From Ignavibacteria bacterium (GTDB lineage Bacteria > Bacteroidota > Ignavibacteria > DATCTW01), in assembly GCA_036567745.1 (NCBI GenBank), contig DATCTW010000018.1, positions 194,665 through 258,664 on the forward strand: a stretch of 64,000 nt of DNA, given 5' to 3'. The notes below the pieces were generated by a model, which saw only the letters and a list, made by a program, of their open reading frames with translations, was not told where the DNA came from and made no database searches. Shown piece after piece: positions 40,894 through 52,590 of this stretch. Position numbers and translations under genes: made by a program. Each line of letters begins with the position of its first letter. Within the stretch, counting starts at the first letter, position 1.

Positions 40894-42237
40894 TTATTTG
40901 AGATACAACATTTTTCTCGTAAAAATATTTCCATTAACATTTAATGAATAATAGTATATACCTGAACTAATTTTTTTTGGTTCATAGGTTATTTTATAAG
41001 ATCCTTTCCTCATCATATCATTTATTATCACATCAATTTCTCTTCCCATCAGATCGAATACAGATAACTTAACTTTAAATATATCCCTGCTATCCTGAAG
41101 CGTAAATGAAATGTGAGTTTGAGAATTGAAAGGATTAGGATAATTTTGTTGTAATATAAATTCTTCAGGCTTTATCACTTCATTAATTCCGGATACATTT
41201 TTCAGCAAATTATTTCCTACAGTTTCGAGTAAAGGTTGAGTGCTACCAACTTTATCCTGACCAATAGCCCAAATAATTAATCCACCGATATTATTTTTCT
41301 TGATATACTCGCATTTATATTTAACAGATAAAGTATCATCATAAGATAAAACCTGAGTGTTATTGGGTTCAGTCAAATATGGAACAAACGAAACAGAATC
41401 CCAATTATATTTCCATCCAGAACTTAACCTTGGAACAATATTAGTATATGTAATTTGAGATGCGGCTGTACTTGCTCCATACAATGATTTTGAAGTAAAT
41501 AACCAACCATAAAAGCCTACACCTATACACAACTTATCATATGGTATACCTTTTGCAATATAGTATTTAAAACTTTGTTCTACTGATCCATCTGCATCAT
41601 TTTTAGGTGTGTAAAGGGGTGAATTATGTCCAGAATGATTAGTCCAGCTACCATGAAAATCATAAGTCATGATTCCAATCCAATCAAGGATATTTTTTAC
41701 TTCATTCCAATCATAACCATTATTCCAATCAGTACTGGGTGCAGCAATGCTTAATGTCATTGAAGGGTTCAATTTCAGTAGTTCACCTTTTAACTCTTTC
41801 ATCAATAATGTGAGGTTATTCCTATCATTACTTTTAGGATATTCCCAATCCAGATCAACACCATCATATCCATAAACTTTGCACATCTCAACAACGTCAT
41901 TAATAAACTTTCTCCTTTTTGCAGTATCAGAAACAACTGGAGAAAATCCATTTGACTGCCCCCAGCCACCTATACCTAAAATTACTTTTACATTTTTTTG
42001 ATGTGCAGCACTTATCAAAGCAGGAAATTCAAATCCATAAGGAACAACTAATTCACTTCCATCATCAGTTGGGTAAACAAAAGCATGTATTATGTGAGTT
42101 AAATATTCATACTTTACTTGATTGGCAGGGAAAGAAGCTTTATTCCACGAAGGATAATATCCAATCACTTTTCTAGATTGAGCAAATATATTTAACGAAA
42201 TAAATATTAAGACAAAAGTTATAATCTTTTTTAACAT
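40894..42237 (-). CDS. Chitinase, glycoside hydrolase family 18, with a T9SS C-terminal sorting domain
   Basis: GH18 catalytic motif 'DGVDLDWEYP', plus 'LGIGGW'. The CTD reads 'LQQNYPNPFNSQTHISF...IYYYSLNVNG'. Confidence 0.85.
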   Translation of the reverse strand: MLKKIITFVLIFISLNIFAQSRKVIGYYPSWNKASFPANQVKYEYLTHIIHAFVYPTDDGSELVVPYGFEFPALISAAHQKNVKVILGIGGWGQSNGFSPVVSDTAKRRKFINDVVEMCKVYGYDGVDLDWEYPKSNDRNNLTLLMKELKGELLKLNPSMTLSIAAPSTDWNNGYDWNEVKNILDWIGIMTYDFHGSWTNHSGHNSPLYTPKNDADGSVEQSFKYYIAKGIPYDKLCIGVGFYGWLFTSKSLYGASTAASQITYTNIVPRLSSGWKYNWDSVSFVPYLTEPNNTQVLSYDDTLSVKYKCEYIKKNNIGGLIIWAIGQDKVGSTQPLLETVGNNLLKNVSGINEVIKPEEFILQQNYPNPFNSQTHISFTLQDSRDIFKVKLSVFDLMGREIDVIINDMMRKGSYKITYEPKKISSGIYYYSLNVNGNIFTRKMLYLK

Positions 42238-42253
42238 TTCTTTAGTCCAGATA

Positions 42254-45200
42254 TTACAAATCTATTCTTACACCTAATAACACTCTTCTTGGATTCAAGA
42301 AAAGAGGAGCCTGCCACCAACCGATATCAATATGAGATTTATCCCATTCACCCCATTTATCATCACCTTTTTTATCTCCTTCATTAAATGGTAGTTTTAA
42401 AGATGATTTGTAATTATCCAGCTGATTTCTAGTCATATTTCCAACTTCAAGCCTTTTTTGATTTAATAAATTTTGAACAGTTAAAACTACCTCTACATTA
42501 TAACCAGTAAACTTGAACAACTTTGAAGCTCTCATATCGAGATTAGAATAATCCACTATATCTAACCATTGTTGTTTTTTGATATCAGATTCTTGAGGAT
42601 TCCATAACATCTCTCCTCCATCCTGCCATTTGAAAAGGAAATTGACATAAATATCACCTAAAATATTCATATCAAAAAGTTTTGGACCCCAATCTGAAGG
42701 AGTTCTTAGATTTACATTTATATGAGCTCTGGGTAATGGTATTGTAGTAGTTAAATTAGCAGATCTTCTTTCATCAGATGCTTCAAGTTTATTTTCATAT
42801 ATTTTCTGTAAACCACTCTGGCCATAACTCTGTAACATATAATCATAGTTTGCCCAAAATGTAATCCATTTTCCAAAAGTTCTTTCAAATCTTAACTCTA
42901 CACCTCTTACATCTTTATATTTATCAGGAACGTAAGTTGTTACAATATTATCATGATAATAATTTATATAACTCTGACTGAGTGGTTGGTTACGAAAATC
43001 TTTATAATAGAATGCAACGTTAAATAGAAAGTTTTCTAAAAATTGCTGTTCATAACCAAATTCATAAGAAACAGTCCTTCCCATGCTTAAATTTGGATTA
43101 GGCAAAGTAACGGCTGAAGGATATACATTTAAATTATATAAAAATGATACAGGTGCTCTTTGATAAAAATGACCATAATTAAAATAAAGTTTACTTTCAG
43201 TAGTAATTGGGAAAGAGACTGACAATCTTGGTGAAATTTGCGCCTGAAGCTTATTCTTTTCACGAGGCCAGTTTGGTGGGTTTTCGAGCATATCTTTGTA
43301 AATTTGCCACCTTTCATAAGAGCCCCATCCACCAGGCAAATTCATATAAACCTTATTATAAAAATCAGAATAACTTTGATCAGGTGGATTAGTTACAATA
43401 AATCCCTTTTTATTTGGATCAAAAATATCAAGCCTAACACCAGCATTTGCTATCATTCCTTCAAATTCAATTTTATCTTGTAAGTATGCACCTAATTCAA
43501 TAGGTGTTACTTTATAATATTGCCAGGTATCTGTTGTCCACATTCTTTCTGATTGCAACCATGTACCACCATAAGTATATAGATAAGTGAGTTTGGCTGA
43601 GATACCTGCTTCAAATTGATTATGTTCACCAAGCTGAGAAGTAAAATCACTACTCAATTGTACTGTCCATGAATATGAGGAGTCGTCTCTTTGGGTTCCC
43701 CCATATAACCAGAACATGTTTAACTCATCTGTTGCCCAATTAGTTGAAGCGTTAGGAGTGCCACCATTAGGAACATTTAAGAATCTATAACCACCAATTG
43801 TAATCCATGCATCAGGTTTTGTTGTATCTAAAGAAAATGGTCTTAACTCATGATCTGTATAACCAAAATGTAAATTCACAGTGTAAAAAGAACTTGCTGA
43901 AAGAGTATGTGTAAACTTCACACCTCCAATTATATATCTCTGATCATAATATTGCAATCTACTCTTATTGAACATTCGATAGAAATTATCGCTACCAATA
44001 AGTGCAGCTTGTCTTTTTACTGAGGGTTCTGAATTACTTATAAAATTAAAACTTGATGATGGATCAACTAAAGTACCACCGTAATTAGTAGCGCTACCTT
44101 CATTAAGAGATGATATCTTTGCATACATACCATCGACAGATAATCTCATATTCGGAGAAAGAACACTGGTTAGCTTTAATTGAGTATTCCAATCTATATA
44201 ACTATCTCTTGGACCAACTGGAAAAGCAAATTGTGAATTCTCATACTTAAACCCTAAAAGAAAAGTAGTATTCCTAAAATATTCACCAAGTAATGGTAAT
44301 TCACCCCCTGGCAATGGACCACTAAGAGATGTTTCTATATAAATATCGGGTTTTTTCCCATAAGAATATTGGGGATGTCGCAATTTCCATAATTGTAATT
44401 TTTGTTCTGGTGTAAGTTTTGCATCTTTTGGTAAATCAGGATAGTTACCTGTTGAGGGATCGTTCCAACCCTTAAATCCCCAAAACTCTGGAGGTACAGC
44501 CAAACTATCCTCTTTAGTCTTAATACCATTCATTGCATATTTTCCTGCAAACACCTGATAAATTGGCGATTCATTACTATATGGATCTGTTCCAAAAAAT
44601 TTCTTTTTTGCAGTTGGTGTAATATCAACTTTTAGAGCAAAGTTATATTTATCTCTATTTCCTTCTTTTGTAACAACATTCAACAAACCCGATTGTATAC
44701 CACCATACTTAGCTTGAAAGCCACCTGTTAGAACTTGTAATTCCTGTATGGTTGTTGAGTTAAGAGATAAATATGAATTTTCACTTCTAGGATCTTGAAG
44801 AGAAATACCTTCAATACGAATGTCTGTTTCACGAATAGCGCCACCTCTAACACTAAGTCCATGCCCTTCGTTATTATCAACTAATTCAATACCCTTCAAA
44901 TTTCCGACAAATTCATCGACTCTAACAATAGGCACTTCAGCAATACGAGCTGTTTGGATAACTTCTTGTGTTGAGGCAACATCTGGTTTAATTACTTCTC
45001 TCTCATAAGTAACAACAATTGCATCCATTTGAACAGATGATGGAGTTAACTTAATATTAAGAGTAATGGTTCTGTCTGCATCAACTTGCACTTTTGCTTT
45101 AGTGTAAGTAGAATAGCCCACCATACTTGCCTTAACATTATAAAATCCTGGTGGCACATTAAGAATCGCAAAATATCCGTTTTCATTTGTAACAGCACCC

Positions 45201-45400
45201 AACTTTGGATTTTGAGCGTAAGGGTGTCCAGAAACCCAAACTGTATCAATCATTACGGTTACACCAATAAGTGGTTCATTTGTTTGGGAATCAGTTACTC
45301 TTCCGGAAATTTTGCCATTCCCAGAGTAAAGCAATTCAGGAAATAATAATGAAATAAAGGAAAGTAATAACAGGCAATAAAAGAAGTAAAACTTCTTCAT
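42254..45400 (-). CDS. TonB-dependent outer-membrane receptor (SusC/RagA-like) with an N-terminal carboxypeptidase-regulatory-like domain
   Basis: The track start is TTG (45412), and the ATG at 45400 is preceded by GGAGG. The CarbopepD_reg block reads 'GKISGRVTDSQTNEPLIGVTVMI...GYFAILNVPPGFYNVKASMVGYS'. A plug-like region ('LSVRGGAIRETDIRIEGISLQDP') is followed by a long beta-barrel. Confidence 0.7.
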   Translation of the reverse strand: MKKFYFFYCLLLLSFISLLFPELLYSGNGKISGRVTDSQTNEPLIGVTVMIDTVWVSGHPYAQNPKLGAVTNENGYFAILNVPPGFYNVKASMVGYSTYTKAKVQVDADRTITLNIKLTPSSVQMDAIVVTYEREVIKPDVASTQEVIQTARIAEVPIVRVDEFVGNLKGIELVDNNEGHGLSVRGGAIRETDIRIEGISLQDPRSENSYLSLNSTTIQELQVLTGGFQAKYGGIQSGLLNVVTKEGNRDKYNFALKVDITPTAKKKFFGTDPYSNESPIYQVFAGKYAMNGIKTKEDSLAVPPEFWGFKGWNDPSTGNYPDLPKDAKLTPEQKLQLWKLRHPQYSYGKKPDIYIETSLSGPLPGGELPLLGEYFRNTTFLLGFKYENSQFAFPVGPRDSYIDWNTQLKLTSVLSPNMRLSVDGMYAKISSLNEGSATNYGGTLVDPSSSFNFISNSEPSVKRQAALIGSDNFYRMFNKSRLQYYDQRYIIGGVKFTHTLSASSFYTVNLHFGYTDHELRPFSLDTTKPDAWITIGGYRFLNVPNGGTPNASTNWATDELNMFWLYGGTQRDDSSYSWTVQLSSDFTSQLGEHNQFEAGISAKLTYLYTYGGTWLQSERMWTTDTWQYYKVTPIELGAYLQDKIEFEGMIANAGVRLDIFDPNKKGFIVTNPPDQSYSDFYNKVYMNLPGGWGSYERWQIYKDMLENPPNWPREKNKLQAQISPRLSVSFPITTESKLYFNYGHFYQRAPVSFLYNLNVYPSAVTLPNPNLSMGRTVSYEFGYEQQFLENFLFNVAFYYKDFRNQPLSQSYINYYHDNIVTTYVPDKYKDVRGVELRFERTFGKWITFWANYDYMLQSYGQSGLQKIYENKLEASDERRSANLTTTIPLPRAHINVNLRTPSDWGPKLFDMNILGDIYVNFLFKWQDGGEMLWNPQESDIKKQQWLDIVDYSNLDMRASKLFKFTGYNVEVVLTVQNLLNQKRLEVGNMTRNQLDNYKSSLKLPFNEGDKKGDDKWGEWDKSHIDIGWWQAPLFLNPRRVLLGVRIDL

Positions 45401-45733
45401 AAAAACCTCCAATAAATGACCAAATATTCAAAATTATTTTTTCTGAAGAGAAAGAGGACTGCGAAAAAGAGGTTTTTCCTTTGCCTTAATAAAAAACCGG
45501 TATTGTATTTCTTGACGGCTTTGGATCGCGAACACCGCACATCCTTTTTCCCTAAAGGGAAGCATATTTGCTAGAAAGTATGAAGTATGGAATACCCATC
45601 ACTCATGCTTCCGTTGTGAAGGTAATAAAAAAAAATTCTTTTGTCAAGTAAAAAAACAAATTTTTTTATTTATAATTTTTTTAGAATTTTTCCGATTGCT
45701 TTATTTACATGGTACCCGGAAGAATTAATTATT

Positions 45734-46243
45734 CAAACATATCGGGGCTCTGCCCCTCACAATAATTAAAACATCTAGTTTTGTAAATACGAAAAGGTGC
45801 GTAGCACCAAAATGTATATTAACATGTCGCACCTACGGTGCTTGATATTTTTATTGTGTCATTTTCTACAAACATATCGGGGCTCTGCCCCTTACTATAA
45901 TTGAAACATCTTGTTTTGTAAATACGAAAAGGTGCGTAGCACCGAAATGTTTGTAGAATTATGATTAGATAAATGTTTAAGGGGCGTAGCCCTGATATGT
46001 ATATTAACATGTCGCACCTACGGTGCTTTAAATTTTTATTGTGTTGTTTTCTACAAACGTATCGGGGCTCTGCCCCTAAGGTATATGAAATGGCCTCGAT
46101 ACATTTGCATTACATTTATAATACCAAACAAAAAGGTGCGTAGCACCGAAATGTTTGTAGAATTATGATTAGATAAATGTTTAAGGGGCGTAGCCCTGGT
46201 ATGTATATTAAAGTTTTTCTACAAACGTATCGGGGCTCTGCCG
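45734..46243 (-). repeat. Tandem array (array 2) of about 4 copies of the same structured repeat family as array 1, in inverted orientation
   Basis: It contains the reverse complements of the array-1 motifs: ATATCGGGGCTCTGCCCC (= GGGGCAGAGCCCCGATAT), GGTGCGTAGCACCGAAATGTTTGTAG and ACATGTCGCACCTACGGTGCTT. The central segment differs from array 1 (TAGATGTTTTAATTATTGTGA in place of GGGAATGATACGGTTTGTATTA), so the two arrays are diverged sub-families. Confidence 0.85.
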
Positions 46244-46293
46244 TTAAATGTAATTGAACGGTAAGAAAGTAGCTGAAACAACCACTTATTATT

Positions 46294-49200
46294 TTATTCA
46301 CAACGTTTATTTAAAATATTATATACTACTTCAGATACTTTTGATAAATCAAGAGGTTTATCTAAAATATGGGAAAAACCAACAGAATATATATTTTTAT
46401 CCTGATAGTAACCAGACATTGCAACAATAGGAATATCTTTACATATTTTTTTGACCTCTGTGCACAGTTCTATTCCTGTCATTTCTGGCATAGTAATATC
46501 AGTAATAATTAAATCAAATTTTTCATCTGTAATTAATTTTAAAGCATCTAGACCGTTTTGAGCATTTTTTACTATATAATTTAAATCATCCAGATACTCT
46601 GTTAGCATAAATCTTATGCCCTCATCATCTTCAACAATTAGTATTTTCTGATTATTGCCAATAAATAATTCTCTTCTATCTTCATCTAAACTTTTATCTG
46701 AAGAATCTATAACAATAGGAAAATATATTTTGAATTCTGTGCCTTTACCTAATTCTGTATATAAATTAATAAATGCATCATTTTTATTAATATTATTTAA
46801 CACAATAGATAAACCAAGCCCTGTTCCTTTTCCTATTTCTTTAGTTGTAAAGAAAGGATCAAAAATTTTATCAATTATTTCAAGAGGAATTCCGCTTCCA
46901 CTATCCTTAATAACTAAAAGAGCATATTTACCGGGTTTCATAATTCCATTTTTTGTAATAACATCATAGGAAATATTTATTTCATCAGTTCTTATTTCAA
47001 TACTGCCTTTATTTTGAATGGCATCTCTTGAATTAATCACAAGATTCATTATTACCTGCTCAATTTGTGCAATATCAGCATTAATAATCAACTTTTTATG
47101 GTAAATATTTCTCTCTAATATAATATTTTCGGGAATAAGCCTTATCAACATTTTCCACAAATCATCAACAATTAAATTAAGGTCTATAATTTGTTTTACA
47201 ACCTGTTGCTTTTTACTGAAAGCTAAAATTTGTAGAATTATATTTTTCGCTTTTGAATTTGCCCCAACCAGAGCCTCAATGTATCTTTTATTATTTGTTT
47301 TACAATTCGAACATAATTTTCTTTCCAACAATTCAGTATTACCAATTAATACAGTTAATATATTATTTAAATCATGAGCTATGCCACCAGCTAATTGACC
47401 TACAACTGACATCTTTTCAGATTGAATAATTTGCTTTTCTAATTTTTTCCTTTCTGTAACATCCCTAATAAATCCTCCAACTCCAAATTTATTATCAATT
47501 AATTTTATTTTAAATTTTCTTACCTCAAATACTCTATCTCCAAAAGTTTCTTCAGTAATTACTACCCCATCACTTTCGACAGCTAGTTTATCACTATTAT
47601 AACATTGGTTTGCTTCTATTTCGGACATAAGTTCAAAATCATTTTTACCAATAATATCATCATAATTTCTGTTATATAAATCAACACCAGCATTATTAAT
47701 ATAAAGGTACCTAAAATCAGAATCTTTAAGAAGAACAATATCATTAGTTGAATTTAAAAATTCTCTGAATTGTCTTTCGCTTTCTTTTAAAGCCTTTTCT
47801 ACCTTTATTCTATATGTTACATCGTGAATAATTGAAAATAGATATTCTTTATCCTTAATAAAAATTGGTCCACTATAAACCTCAACATCTCTTAACTCAC
47901 TGTTAGAAAGCCTATGAGTAAAAAGTAAAAATCTCTTTTCTTTATTTTTGACAGCTAGCATTTCTTTTTTTATTACATCCTCAGTGGAAGCATTAATCTG
48001 ATAAATCTTCATTTTTTTCAATTCTTCTCTTGAATAACCATAAAAGGTACAAGCTGAAGGATTAGCATCTAAAATATCTCCGCTATCAGGATTAATCAAA
48101 AGCATAACTGAATAGTTGTTTTCAAAAATACTTCGATATCTTTCTTCACTTTCTTTTAAAGCACTCTCTGCAAATTTCTTTTCTGTAATATCTTCATAAG
48201 TACCAAGCACTCCGATTATTTTCCCTTCACTATCTTTTAATGGCACTTTACTTGTTCTTAGAAACCTTTTAGTACCATCAAAAATAATATGCTCTTCTTC
48301 ATAATTCAATTTTGGTGTATCATTCCCTATAACAAATTTATCATCTTCGATGAACATTTTAGCTACTTCTGGAATAACCGAATCATAATCACTTTTTCCA
48401 ATAATTTGCTCAGGGTCCTCAAATTTATAATCCTTAGCAAAATTTTTATTACATCCCAAATAGATAGAATTTCTATCTTTCCAAAATACTCTTACAGGTA
48501 TTGTATCTAATACCAATCTTAACATATTTTTCGATTCAAGTAATTCCATTTCAATTTTCTTTCTTTCAGTAATATCTCTTCCCACACCAATTATGCTGAT
48601 AACATTATTATGTTTATCTAATACAGCTTTATCTGCCCACCCAATCCATCTCCAGCCATCTTTTGTTAAAGCTCTTTGTTCAATATAACAAGAGTATGGA
48701 GGTTTATATAAATTTTTCATTTCCTCCAAAGTAAGTGCTAAATCATCAGGATGAACTAAAGGCATAAAAGTATTTCCTAAGAGCTCTTCTTCCTTTTTCC
48801 CAAACAATTGACAGTATGATGGACTTACAAATTCAAACTTTCCATTTGTATCAACTTTTACTAAAAGGTCTGTTTGATTATTTACAAGTAATCTGTATTT
48901 TTCCTCACTTTGTCTAAGTAATTCTTCAGCTTTATTTTTTTCTTGAATAAATCTTGCCTGTTGTACATTTTGTATAGCAAGTAAAGATAATTGCTTTGCT
49001 ATAAGGTGAAGAGCTTTACAGATCTTTTCAAATTGTTCTCGAGGCATTCGCGTAACTTTTTTTAGTTCTTCTCTAAACTTTTCTTTATCAGCACCAATAA
49101 CATCAGCATAATTTAATATAGTTTTTTCATCTATATTTTCATCTACTATTTGACCAATCAACCAATTAGCAATGTGATTATTTCCTACCATTATACTAGT

Positions 49201-50718
49201 TCCACCATCTAACAATCCACCACTAAGGCATGGTTGCATTTTATAACCATGAGGATTTATTTTACCAAGTTCTGCATCAGATTTATAGCAATTTTCTCTA
49301 CCTTTTTCAGTACCTCTAATAATATTTTCACAAAGATAAGAAAAATTACTTGGTTTTGTAATAGGTTTACCATCAGGATATGTTATAATTGATGCAACAC
49401 CAGTTGCAAAAGCAAAAGCATCCTGAATTTTCTGAATTTCCTCGATATCAAATATATCTTCAAATCTTATATCACCAATATCTGAAACAGGTTTAGTAAG
49501 TGCTACTAAACGATTTGCTAATTGTTCATTTAACCTTTTTATTTCATTTTCTGCTTTTTTCTTTTCGGTTATATCACGTACAATTGCATGAATATATTTT
49601 TTACCTTTCAGCTCAAAACAATTTAAGCTTACTTCAGTATCAAATAATGTTCCATCTCCACTTTTATGTTTCCATTCAAAATGTTGAGGAACGCCAGCTA
49701 TCGCCATTTCAACTAATTCTTTTCCTTTTTCAGCTGATTTTCTCCCATCTTCCTGGTATTCAGGTGAAAAAGTAAATGGATTAGAACCAATCATTTTTTC
49801 TTTTGAAGTTCTAAAAATTTTTGTAGCTGCTGTATTACAATCAACAAACACAATATCATCCATTATTAAAATTCCATCATCAGCAGATTCAAACAAAATT
49901 CTAAATTTTTCTTCGTTTTCCCTTAAAGAATTTTCTAATTCAATATGTTGAGTAACGTCATTTGCAACAGCATAAATTTTATCATTAATTGGATAAGAGT
50001 TCCACTCTATCCATTTATATGTACCATTTTTACATCTATATCTATTTAGAAATTCCAAGACTATTTCCTGATTTTTCAAATTTTCTAAAGCTTTTAAAGT
50101 TGAAGGGAGATCATCTGGATGAACAAAATCCAAAAATACAGCACCATCTAACTCTTCTTTTGAATAACCAAGAACCTGTTCCCATAAAGGATTTACTCTG
50201 ATAAAACTGCCAGAAGTATCTGCAATACACAATAACTGTAAAGAGACATTAAAAAATCTTTCAAATTCTTCAGTCTTTTTTTCTAAATCCTTTAAATTTT
50301 TTTTCTCTTCGGTAATATCAATATTTATACCATAAGCTACAGGTTTTTCCAAAACTTTATTTAAGGGTGAAAACAAAGTACGATAATATTTTACTTCGCC
50401 ATTTTTAACAACAGAATTTTCAAAGGATAGAAACTCTCCTGACAAAGCCTTTTTGTTTGTTTGTTCCCATTCTTCTGCCATTAATTTATCATCTAAAAAA
50501 TCTTTGGGTGATTCCCCTATATGATAACCCCAATTTTTAATTGAATATGAGTTCTGTAATATATATTTACCCTCTGAATCTAATGCCCAAATCTCAAATG
50601 GAATTTTATCGAGTATAGCTTTATAAAAAATTTCTTTTTCCTGATATTCTTTAACAACTTTTTTTAAATTAGAAATTTCTTCTAAAAGCTCGTTATTGGA
50701 ACTTTTATTTTTATCCAT
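46294..50718 (-). CDS. Hybrid sensor histidine kinase/response regulator with multiple PAS/PAC domains (1474 aa)
   Basis: ATG start. At least 6 PAS-like modules are present. HisKA reads '[21 protein letters not shown]'. HATPase reads '[10 protein letters not shown]...DSGSGIP...GTGLGLS'. The C-terminal REC reads '[14 protein letters not shown]...[17 protein letters not shown]'. Confidence 0.9.
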   Translation of the reverse strand: MDKNKSSNNELLEEISNLKKVVKEYQEKEIFYKAILDKIPFEIWALDSEGKYILQNSYSIKNWGYHIGESPKDFLDDKLMAEEWEQTNKKALSGEFLSFENSVVKNGEVKYYRTLFSPLNKVLEKPVAYGINIDITEEKKNLKDLEKKTEEFERFFNVSLQLLCIADTSGSFIRVNPLWEQVLGYSKEELDGAVFLDFVHPDDLPSTLKALENLKNQEIVLEFLNRYRCKNGTYKWIEWNSYPINDKIYAVANDVTQHIELENSLRENEEKFRILFESADDGILIMDDIVFVDCNTAATKIFRTSKEKMIGSNPFTFSPEYQEDGRKSAEKGKELVEMAIAGVPQHFEWKHKSGDGTLFDTEVSLNCFELKGKKYIHAIVRDITEKKKAENEIKRLNEQLANRLVALTKPVSDIGDIRFEDIFDIEEIQKIQDAFAFATGVASIITYPDGKPITKPSNFSYLCENIIRGTEKGRENCYKSDAELGKINPHGYKMQPCLSGGLLDGGTSIMVGNNHIANWLIGQIVDENIDEKTILNYADVIGADKEKFREELKKVTRMPREQFEKICKALHLIAKQLSLLAIQNVQQARFIQEKNKAEELLRQSEEKYRLLVNNQTDLLVKVDTNGKFEFVSPSYCQLFGKKEEELLGNTFMPLVHPDDLALTLEEMKNLYKPPYSCYIEQRALTKDGWRWIGWADKAVLDKHNNVISIIGVGRDITERKKIEMELLESKNMLRLVLDTIPVRVFWKDRNSIYLGCNKNFAKDYKFEDPEQIIGKSDYDSVIPEVAKMFIEDDKFVIGNDTPKLNYEEEHIIFDGTKRFLRTSKVPLKDSEGKIIGVLGTYEDITEKKFAESALKESEERYRSIFENNYSVMLLINPDSGDILDANPSACTFYGYSREELKKMKIYQINASTEDVIKKEMLAVKNKEKRFLLFTHRLSNSELRDVEVYSGPIFIKDKEYLFSIIHDVTYRIKVEKALKESERQFREFLNSTNDIVLLKDSDFRYLYINNAGVDLYNRNYDDIIGKNDFELMSEIEANQCYNSDKLAVESDGVVITEETFGDRVFEVRKFKIKLIDNKFGVGGFIRDVTERKKLEKQIIQSEKMSVVGQLAGGIAHDLNNILTVLIGNTELLERKLCSNCKTNNKRYIEALVGANSKAKNIILQILAFSKKQQVVKQIIDLNLIVDDLWKMLIRLIPENIILERNIYHKKLIINADIAQIEQVIMNLVINSRDAIQNKGSIEIRTDEINISYDVITKNGIMKPGKYALLVIKDSGSGIPLEIIDKIFDPFFTTKEIGKGTGLGLSIVLNNINKNDAFINLYTELGKGTEFKIYFPIVIDSSDKSLDEDRRELFIGNNQKILIVEDDEGIRFMLTEYLDDLNYIVKNAQNGLDALKLITDEKFDLIITDITMPEMTGIELCTEVKKICKDIPIVAMSGYYQDKNIYSVGFSHILDKPLDLSKVSEVVYNILNKRCE

Positions 50719-50970
50719 GACTCACCTCAATGGAAATGGTGGTTTTTTAATATTAAAATAGCAATTTACAAATTAAAAACAAGTGCCTTTAATTATTCTC
50801 TTAAATTTTATTTACAACATAATGATATTTTAATTTAAAATAAAATATTTGAAATATCAAGTTGCTTCATAAAAAATATTTCATTAAATAATTTATATTT
50901 ACTTCTTCATTGATTATTGATAGACTATATATTACATTTTAAATCGATTATTAAATTTCAGGAATCGTAA

Positions 50971-51435
50971 ATGAATAAAAAGAAAATTTTAATCGACACT
51001 ATAAAAAATATTGGACTTATTGCACACGATAATCAGAAAACCGAACTTTTAGAATGGGCAAAATTTAACCGTGAAGTTTTAAAAGAGCATAACTTATTTG
51101 CTACTGGAACAACAGGTAATTTACTTGAAAAAGAATTAAATTTAAATGTAACTGCTTTCAAGAGTGGACCTTTAGGAGGTGATCAGCAGATTGGAGCTAA
51201 AATAAGTGATGGATCTTTAGATTTTCTAATATTTTTCTGGGACCCTATGGAACCACAACCCCATGACCCTGATGTAAAAGCTTTATTACGATTAGCTGTA
51301 GTATGGAATATACCTGTTGCCTGTAATAGATCTACTGCTGATTTTCTTATATCTTCTCCTCTTATGTCTGAAAAATATTTCAGAGAAATTAAAGATTACG
51401 AACAAGAACTAAAAAATAGAAAAATCTTAAAATAA
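50971..51435 (+). CDS. mgsA: Methylglyoxal synthase
   Basis: '[10 protein letters not shown]', 'ATGTTGNLL', '[11 protein letters not shown]', '[34 protein letters not shown]' match MgsA almost block for block. Confidence 0.9.
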   Translation: MNKKKILIDTIKNIGLIAHDNQKTELLEWAKFNREVLKEHNLFATGTTGNLLEKELNLNVTAFKSGPLGGDQQIGAKISDGSLDFLIFFWDPMEPQPHDPDVKALLRLAVVWNIPVACNRSTADFLISSPLMSEKYFREIKDYEQELKNRKILK

Positions 51436-51447
51436 GAAGAGTTTGTT

Positions 51448-52590
51448 ATGAAAAAATTAAAAGATTCAACAATAGTATTGCACTCAGAAAAAACTAAAAA
51501 AAATATTTTAGGTGCAGTAACCACTCCAATTTTTCAGTCAAGTGCCTACCTTTACCCTTTCGGTGATGAGTCATTGAAATACCCAAGATACGGCAATCTA
51601 CCAAATCAGGAGGAAGTAATTGAAAAAATTTCTTTGCTGGAAAATGCAGAAGATGGAGTTATTTTTGCAACGGGTATGGCTGCTGTATCTACAACTATAT
51701 TAACAGTAGTAAAACCAGGTGAGCATATTATTGTACAGGATCAAATATATGGTGGTACAACTAGCTTTATTGAAGGTTTACTAAAAGAGTTGAAAATTGA
51801 AATAACTTATTTTGACTTCTGTTCTGAACCTGATTTTTCAAAAGTTATAAAAAGCAATACAAAGGCTATCTATATTGAATCTCCAAGCAATCCTTTATTA
51901 AAAATTATTGATATCCCAACTGTTGCTAAAATTTCTAAAGAAAATAACATAATTTCAATAATTGATAATACTTTTGCTACACCAATTAACCAAAAGCCAA
52001 TACAGTTAGGTATAGATATCGTGGTACATTCTGCAACAAAATACCTAAACGGACACAGCGATTTGATTGCTGGTTTTGTTGCAAGTTCAAAAGATTATAT
52101 TAAAAGGATAAGAAAAAACTCTAGAGATCTTGGCTGCACACCAAATGATATTACCGCTTACCTACTGGCACGAGGTTTAAAAACCCTCGCTATAAGAGTA
52201 GAAAGACACAACCAAAATGCTATAAAACTTGCAAAATATTTATCAGAACATAAAAAAGTAAATGTAGTAAATTATCCAGGATTAGAATCACATCCACAAC
52301 ACGAACTGGCAAAAAAATTCATGAAAGGATTCGGTGGTATGCTTTCTGTAGAATTTAATATGGATGCTGATGAGCTTAACAAAAGATTATCAAAGTTAAA
52401 ATTTTTTGCAAGAGCAGTTAGCCTTGGGGGCGTTGAATCTCTTCTATGTTTACCTTCTGAAACCTCTCATTCTTATTTACCAAAATATGAAAGAGAGAAA
52501 TTAGGAATAAAGGATACTCTTGTTAGAATTTCAACAGGAATTGAAGATATTGATGATTTAATCAACGATTGGGAAGAAGCATTATCATAA
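51448..52590 (+). CDS. PLP-dependent Cys/Met metabolism (transsulfuration) enzyme: cystathionine gamma-synthase, cystathionine beta-lyase or methionine gamma-lyase family
   Basis: 'GMAAVSTTI', 'IIDNTFATP' and 'VVHSATKYLNGHSDLIAGFV' (PLP lysine) are present. Confidence 0.8.
   Translation: MKKLKDSTIVLHSEKTKKNILGAVTTPIFQSSAYLYPFGDESLKYPRYGNLPNQEEVIEKISLLENAEDGVIFATGMAAVSTTILTVVKPGEHIIVQDQIYGGTTSFIEGLLKELKIEITYFDFCSEPDFSKVIKSNTKAIYIESPSNPLLKIIDIPTVAKISKENNIISIIDNTFATPINQKPIQLGIDIVVHSATKYLNGHSDLIAGFVASSKDYIKRIRKNSRDLGCTPNDITAYLLARGLKTLAIRVERHNQNAIKLAKYLSEHKKVNVVNYPGLESHPQHELAKKFMKGFGGMLSVEFNMDADELNKRLSKLKFFARAVSLGGVESLLCLPSETSHSYLPKYEREKLGIKDTLVRISTGIEDIDDLINDWEEALS

Noticed and set aside
38772-40940. 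Apparent 47-bp overlap between the 722-aa ORF and the GH18 gene
   Set aside because: It is resolved by using the ATG at 40880 (with RBS and signal peptide), which leaves a 13-bp spacer instead of an overlap.
15008-45400. The whole 31-kb block between the inverted arrays as a prophage or integrative element
   Set aside because: Apart from the DUF4373 rep-like gene, the content is housekeeping or glycan metabolism (T9SS cargo, amino-sugar salvage, peptidase, ApaG). There is no integrase, capsid, terminase or conjugation gene and no compositional shift. I keep it only as a possible invertible segment.
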